Positions 61,654 through 64,000 of a stretch of 64,000 bases of DNA are shown here, in pieces. The stretch spans positions 2,848,001 through 2,912,000 of the forward strand of contig CBDCCK010000002.1 of the NCBI GenBank assembly GCA_965214835.1, read 5' to 3'. This DNA is from Nitrosopumilaceae archaeon (lineage in GTDB: Archaea; Thermoproteota; Nitrososphaeria; Nitrososphaerales; Nitrosopumilaceae). A program made the position numbers and the translations under genes. The notes below the pieces were generated by a model. That model was given only the letters and a program-made list of their open reading frames with translations, did no database searches and was not told the DNA's origin. The stretch's first letter is position 1. Every line of letters begins with the position of its first letter.

Positions 61654-64000
61654 TCATGGAATCGTCATTCCAAACGGGCGCTCATAGTCGTTTCCGTTGT
61701 CGTCTGACGCGCTGATCCATAGCGCGTATGTCCCCGGGGCCAGGGACCCGGAGCTGAGCGTTACCGCTGCGGTGCCGTTGCCATGGTCTGCTACCGACAC
61801 GGACTCTGCCGGCAGCAGCACGTCTAGATGGACTGCGGTGATGGTAACGGCATCGCCCTCCGGATCCTGCGCGGTCACAGCAAACGTGGTGACTGCGTCC
61901 GTTATCACGATCGGTCCGTCATATGCGGCGCCGTCATGGTACAGCTCAAGGTCGGGCTCCTGGTTGTCGCCTGCCTTTTCATTTGCCGCGGCGGGGGGCG
62001 TATCGCCGGATGCCCTTGCAGACGAGCCCGATGCTGCATGCACCGGGCCCAGAGTGATGCCACGGGCGTCATCGATGTTGGCATCGGACAGCTCCACGCT
62101 CGTAGTCGCGTTGAGCCTTACGATGTTGTCGTCGTCCTTGTTTAGGACCAGGAGCATCTGGTGGCCGTCCAGCACTATGCCAAACGGCTCGTCAATCCCC
62201 GATGTCTCCTCGTTGATCAGGGAATTGTCCGCAACGTCGATCTCGTTTATCCTTCCCGAGTCATCTCCTGACATGTACAGGCTGGTGCCCGTCCCGTCAA
62301 ACCCCGTGCCGCAGTCAAGGCCGTATGCCTCGTGCGTGTTGGGTGACGAGGAGTCGATCTCGCCGATGTATGCGCCGTCCGATGCGTCATAGTACAGTAT
62401 CGCATCCCCCACGTAATCGGATACGTACATCCTGTCGTTGCAGAACACGACGTCTGTCGCCAGAACGACCGACGGTATGCTGCTTCCCCGCGGCGGCACT
62501 CTCAGCGCGTCGCCGAACAGCCCGTTGGAGTTGCCATACGAGTCAAAGGACTCGATGCCAAGCGCGTGTGCCACGTACAGCTGGCCGCCATGCCAGGTCA
62601 TTCCGCGCGGCTTGCTCTGCGGCGATGCCCAGGACGCATCTACCAGGGTCCCGTCGCCGCCGTCGTATGCCCTGATCTTGCCGTACCTGTAGTCGGATAC
62701 GTACAGGTCTCCGTCGAGTCCGAAGGCCAGGTCATACGGGCTGTCCAGCCCTCCGACGCCTGCGTCGACGAATGTTCCCGAGTACGTTCCGTCCTGCTGG
62801 TACACCAGGATGTCGTCGTCGTCCGTGTTTGCCACGTAGATGGAATATTCTGTCAGTGCCGTGGTCGTGGCGGTGTCGTCTGGATTGCCCGGCGCCCCCG
62901 TAATCCTGATGGCATCGACCATCAGGTCCTCAGACGAGCTGCTCGCCCTTGCCGTCAGTTTTATCTTGAACGTGTCGGTAAGGTGGCCTGTCAGGTCAAA
63001 CGTCTCGTGATGCCACGCGTCGTCGTCATCGACGTTTCCCTGCCAGTCAAACGCGCTGGTCCATGTCGTGCCGTTGTCTGACGATACGTCGACCCTGAGG
63101 TATTCCCCCGTATCGAGGCTGCGATCCACGTACCTGTACAGAGACAGCTCGGCAAACCCAAACCGTGCCAGGTCTACCGGCTCGGCCAGCGTCAGTATGC
63201 AGTCGCCGTCACAGTCGTCTGCCTCTGCGACAAGATTCGTCGCGGGATCCTGCCCGGGCGGATGCCCGCCCTCGTCAGGCGTTCCGACCCGCCAGTCGGG
63301 CTCGCCTGACTCTGTCCACGCGTCAAGCGAGTCAAAGTCGTCAGAGAACGCCGTCGGCACCTTCTGGCCGTGCACTATGACGTCGTCAATCTCCGCAAAC
63401 TCTGCCGGCTCGCTTGATCTTTCCAGGAACCTTACTGCAAACTGGCCGGTCAGGTACTGCTTTGGCAAGTCATGAGTGTGGCGGTGCCAGGTGTCGTCGT
63501 CCCCGTCCCCGTGCGTAAAGTCGTGCGAGTCGGCCCATGTCGTGCCGTTGTCGTGGCTTATGTGTACCCTCAGGTACTCCCCGCCGTCCATTCCGCTTGA
63601 GACGTACGCCCAAAAGCCAAATGACGCGTTAAGATACTCTGACAGATCGACTGCCGCCGTTCTGATGTGGCAGGATACGGCGCACGCGCCTGCGTGCGAG
63701 ACGTTGTTTGTCTGGCCGTGCCCGGGAACCGCGATCGTGTGGTTTCGGACTGCCCAGTCCCTTCCCGTGTCTGACTGAATCCACTGCGACAGGCCCGCAT
63801 CGAACCTGTCGATGAACGGGAACTCCATTGCGTTGACTGCGTTGACTAGGCCCGTTCCGTGCGTGTTGTTTTTTGGGTGGTAGTCCTTCGTGTTCTGCTC
63901 CAGCGCCTGCCGCACCTGATCGGGGGTATAGTGCGGGTTCTGCTCCTTGATCAGGGCCGCGACTCCCGCGACATGTGGCGTGGCCGCCGATGTTCCTGGA
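61654..64000 (-). CDS. S8 subtilisin-like protease, C-terminal part (continues beyond the window)
   Basis: PGTSAATPHVAGVAAL catalytic-Ser motif at the window edge; two repeated beta-sandwich domains, a beta-propeller and a cadherin-like tail. Confidence 0.9.
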   Translation of the reverse strand, partial: PGTSAATPHVAGVAALIKEQNPHYTPDQVRQALEQNTKDYHPKNNTHGTGLVNAVNAMEFPFIDRFDAGLSQWIQSDTGRDWAVRNHTIAVPGHGQTNNVSHAGACAVSCHIRTAAVDLSEYLNASFGFWAYVSSGMDGGEYLRVHISHDNGTTWADSHDFTHGDGDDDTWHRHTHDLPKQYLTGQFAVRFLERSSEPAEFAEIDDVIVHGQKVPTAFSDDFDSLDAWTESGEPDWRVGTPDEGGHPPGQDPATNLVAEADDCDGDCILTLAEPVDLARFGFAELSLYRYVDRSLDTGEYLRVDVSSDNGTTWTSAFDWQGNVDDDDAWHHETFDLTGHLTDTFKIKLTARASSSSEDLMVDAIRITGAPGNPDDTATTTALTEYSIYVANTDDDDILVYQQDGTYSGTFVDAGVGGLDSPYDLAFGLDGDLYVSDYRYGKIRAYDGGDGTLVDASWASPQSKPRGMTWHGGQLYVAHALGIESFDSYGNSNGLFGDALRVPPRGSSIPSVVLATDVVFCNDRMYVSDYVGDAILYYDASDGAYIGEIDSSSPNTHEAYGLDCGTGFDGTGTSLYMSGDDSGRINEIDVADNSLINEETSGIDEPFGIVLDGHQMLLVLNKDDDNIVRLNATTSVELSDANIDDARGITLGPVHAASGSSARASGDTPPAAANEKAGDNQEPDLELYHDGAAYDGPIVITDAVTTFAVTAQDPEGDAVTITAVHLDVLLPAESVSVADHGNGTAAVTLSSGSLAPGTYALWISASDDNGNDYERPFGMTIP

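Overview
Archaeal DNA, most consistent with a relatively GC-rich Nitrosopumilaceae (Thaumarchaeota) genome; the heavy IS load and large subtilase suggest a host-associated lineage (inference). Housekeeping blocks (metG, aSelBL-like factor, nadM, ilvC, MCM B12 subunit, ahcY, tfb, cysS, nadE; dedA, tRNA-Arg; leuB, leuA, ilvH, ilvB, lsrF) are separated by a ~35 kb IS-riddled accessory region (~14.8-50.3 kb). That region and the rest of the window carry IS66-like, ISH3-like, IS630, IS5/ISL2-like, IS110, IS1595, IS481 and IS6 elements plus four MITE families. Defence-like cargo in the accessory region: (1) a GHKL/MORC ATPase fused to an AbiEi-like domain, coupled to an AbiEii nucleotidyltransferase, with two 23-bp inverted repeats upstream (best candidate for a new system); (2) a ScaI-like R-M pair; (3) a GNAT toxin with a 47-aa RHH-less antitoxin next to an atypical 95-nt tRNA with a Leu anticodon (CAG) but Ser-like G73; (4) a nuclease-HTH-MNT fusion plus HEPN; (5) decayed DUF3800 + structured RNA and HinP1I-like remnants. 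All family assignments are from motif recognition by eye; no searches were run.
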